DNA of 64,000 bases. Origin: Lama guanicoe. Taxonomy: Eukaryota. The notes under the pieces are model-generated. The model ran no database searches and had not been told where the DNA came from. It saw nothing but the letters and a program-made list of their open reading frames with translations. The stretch spans positions 2,200,123 to 2,264,122 of the forward strand of contig MU053557.1 of NCBI GenBank assembly GCA_013239625.1, given 5' to 3'. Shown here in pieces: positions 61,319 through 64,000 of this stretch (positions are counted from its first letter, which is position 1; every line of letters starts with the position of its first letter). The translations under genes and the position numbers were made by a program.

Positions 61319-62413
61319 TATATGTTGCTGTATTACTTTATATATTAAACACTTAAGTTCAGAAATGTGAAATAATGTCAGTTTAGTATGTTCCATGAGT
61401 CAGAATGTTTGATATCAGGTTATAAACATTTAACCCTTACAAGGGATGATAGGAATTTTTCTTTACCTCACAGGCTGGTATCAGTGCAGAGAGTGATTGA
61501 CTGGTTGTGGGGCTTGGCCTAATGTACACTCTTGCCCTGCAGTGATCTGAGTTTTCTATGGAATTATTTGGCAAATGCTTTATGAGGTTTATTAACATTT
61601 TCCCTAGAAAAACTAGAGTGAAACTCAAAATTTAAAAGAACCCCTTCTATTAACATATTTTAGGACTGAACCAAGAATCGGGGGTATTCTACTCTCTAGC
61701 ATTGTTAATAAGAAAGCTGCAGGGGTATTTAAGTTTTCACTTTCATGAAACTTCGGGTCTCTGTACTTTTTGTCTTTGTTAGTTTGTCCTTAAAATTAAA
61801 CTTTTGCTTTCTCTTATTAGAATTTACTGGGGAGGGAAAAAAAAATTCAGATGGTAGTAACAACAAACGCATTTTGGAGCTGAGCGGTTGTACCCTGAGT
61901 TAGGATAGAAGGTGTATAACATTTGTTGAATGTGTCAATGAGCCACAGAGTATTTGTCACTGTTGTATAGCATTTCAGAAAAGAAAGTGGGAATAGCTTT
62001 ATCATATATAGACGGGGCTGTAAGAGATGTCATAAGATGAATAGACAATTTTTAAGTTACTTATATTTGTATGGTTTCACTCTAAATATGTAGATTATCA
62101 AAGCCAAAGGCTGATAATTATATTAATACAGTTTTTATTGTCCTCATCACGACTTTTCTAAGTAGAGTGACTGTATAATTTATCATCCAAGCCAAGATAC
62201 ATACTCAGATTTACATGACAGCAGCATAAGTCATGTATTGTCCTGGGAAAACCAGAACATGTGGTCCTCTAATTAAAAAGAACTTCATCTTTTCTAGCTC
62301 TCATTGGAGACTGTAGATCCATTTTAACAGATTTTTTAAAATAGCACATAATTTGAAGAAATCATTAGTAAATGTGAGTACAAACTTTTGTATTCTTCTA
62401 AAATCTGTTTTAG

Positions 62414-62524
62414 CCTGCAAACCAAGGGTCAAAATTCAAAGACCGTCGACTACAAATATCGTGGCACAAGGCCAAGGTGCCTTCTGTATCCACTGAGACT
62501 GAAGAGGAAGAAGTCAAGGAGGAG
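62414..62524 (+). CDS. RBM27: RBM27 exon 20 (111 nt)
   Basis: gttttag|CCT; PANQGSKFKDRRLQISWHKAKVPSVSTETEEEEVKEE; GAG|gtaaat. Confidence 0.94.
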
Positions 62525-63427
62525 GTAAATTTAATGATTGAAAATAAAAGTTGAATTAGATTGTTTCCAAATTGTATATTTTTCTTAACAGTAAATACTG
62601 TAAATTTTAAAATACTGAATTCTTTCATGTATTAATTAAGACTAGGCTAGAAGTTTATTAAAGAATCTGAACAGGTGCAGAAATGAAAAAAGCTTTCGGG
62701 GGGTATTTTCTGGTGTAGGAGAGACTGTTGTTCTTTTTTATTTTCTATTTTTATTAAAATAGACATGTGCCATTGCAAAGTTACTCCTCATTCATCATTA
62801 TTTTGGTTTTAAAAGATATATAGCATTTATGGCTGATCAAGAGTCTTCTGACGACATGGGTAGTTTTACGTAACAAGCTGAAACATTTCCCATGTTACAA
62901 AGAAAGAAAGAGAGAAAGAAGGGAAGGAAGGAAAAAGAGAAGAGAAAAATCTTGTATTTTGACAGTGTTTGTGGGTACCTCTACTTTGTATAAGATTTTA
63001 GATTTTTATGTAAGATTTGGAATGTCACTGTCACGGGGAAGTTATGTCATAATTCCTCACAGATAGTCGGATATTAGAGGAAAAATTTAGAAGTTCAAAT
63101 GGTCATTTTCCTCATTTTTAAGATAATATAATAAAATTAATTTTATAAAAAACATATTTTATAGATACCATTCTTATATTATTTGTTTTCCTGATGATAC
63201 TAGAATGAAAATCTCTTATTAAAACTAGCAAAGTTAGGAGGGGAGAAGAATATGTATACATTTTTTTTAAATGTTCTGGGTTTTTCTTGCCGTGAAGGAT
63301 ACTCTGAGTGCATCACTGGTGTGTCCAGCCTGGGCTCTGTATACTAGTCCGTTTGTCCTTTGGCCTAAAAAGTATTTCACTTAACTTTCTTGTACCACTG
63401 AGCAGATTGTACCTTCTCTTTCCCCAG

Positions 63428-63511
63428 GAAACAGAAACCTCAGACTTGTTTTTGCATGATGATGACGACGAAGATGAAGATGAGTATGAGTCTCGTTCGT
63501 GGCGAAGATGA
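63428..63511 (+). CDS. RBM27: RBM27 exon 21 coding part (84 nt including TGA)
   Basis: tccccag|GAA; ETETSDLFLHDDDDEDEDEYESRSWRR*. Confidence 0.96.
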   Translation, partial: ETETSDLFLHDDDDEDEDEYESRSWRR

Positions 63512-64000
63512 AATCTGATGCAAGCTGTATAATTTTTAGGAATATTGTTTAGAAGAACAACTTTTTAAAATTATTTAAAGAAGTCAATGAGCCAAAAAAA
63601 TTTTTTTTATTTTTCTTTTCAACACAGTAGGTTTAAGAACAGCAAGTTTGCTATTTAAATACATCTCATAACTGTACATGATGTTAAAGCACCAAAGGCC
63701 TAGTGACTTTTACACAGTGTGAAGATCCACGGGAATGACACGATAATCTCTAGAGCCTTACTTTCCACACCACCTGTTTTTGTTGCTATTGGTGTTGGAT
63801 TATGATGTAAATGACAGGGTGTTCAGAAATTTTATTTTGGATTACAATCTGCTGATAAAATTTCATTAAATGTCAAAATTGCCTGGAATCTCTTAACTCT
63901 CAGCTATGTATGGATGGGTCGTCAGACAGTAGGAGGTGTTTGTAATTAAAATACCCTTTTGCTTTCAAGAGTTGTCTTGGAAGAAACGTAAATTTATTTT
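63512..64000 (+). other. RBM27: RBM27 3' UTR (probably incomplete, continuing past the window)
   Basis: AU-rich, repeat-free sequence after the stop codon; no AATAAA seen before the window end, only ATTAAA variants. Confidence 0.85.

Larger units (their letters stand above)
10104..63511 (+). other. RBM27: RBM27 gene, full coding span (21 coding exons, 3183 nt, 1060 aa)
   Basis: Exons joined at GT-AG boundaries give one uninterrupted frame from MLIEDVDALKSWLAKLLEPICDADPSALANYVVAL to DEDEYESRSWRR*. Protein recognised as RBM27 from its PWI / RS / CCCH / RRM / coiled-coil / RGG layout. Confidence 0.97.

Noticed and set aside
1..64000. A novel multi-gene system, CRISPR-like array or intact transposon ORF
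   Set aside because: All coding signal I can find is explained by RBM27 exons. The repeats are decayed eukaryotic elements, and no regular repeat-spacer array or intact RT/transposase was seen.

Overview
Mammalian genomic DNA, most likely camelid (two tRNA-Ala-derived Vic-1-type SINEs). The window holds the complete coding region of one + strand gene, RBM27 (RNA-binding motif protein 27, paralogue of RBM26, associated with PAXT/nuclear exosome targeting). I reconstructed 21 GT-AG coding exons by hand from ATG 10104 to TGA 63511. They total 3183 nt (1060 aa plus stop) with consistent phases and encode PWI, RS, CCCH zinc finger, Pro/Gly-rich, RRM, coiled-coil, RGG and acidic-tail regions. A CpG-island promoter lies at about 9.3-10.4 kb, the first ~9 kb is repeat-rich intergenic DNA, and the 3' UTR runs off the right edge. 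The rest is intron filled with old interspersed repeats; repeat subfamily names and edges are by eye. I see no evidence of a new multi-gene system. The best leads are gene-architecture details: a second RRM missing ~30 residues exactly at the exon 19/20 junction (probable lost exon, with a possible relic in intron 19), a 10-codon uORF and a spare splice donor in the 5' UTR, a degenerate ~53-bp tandem repeat at the start of intron 1, and a candidate poison exon next to cassette-like exon 9.
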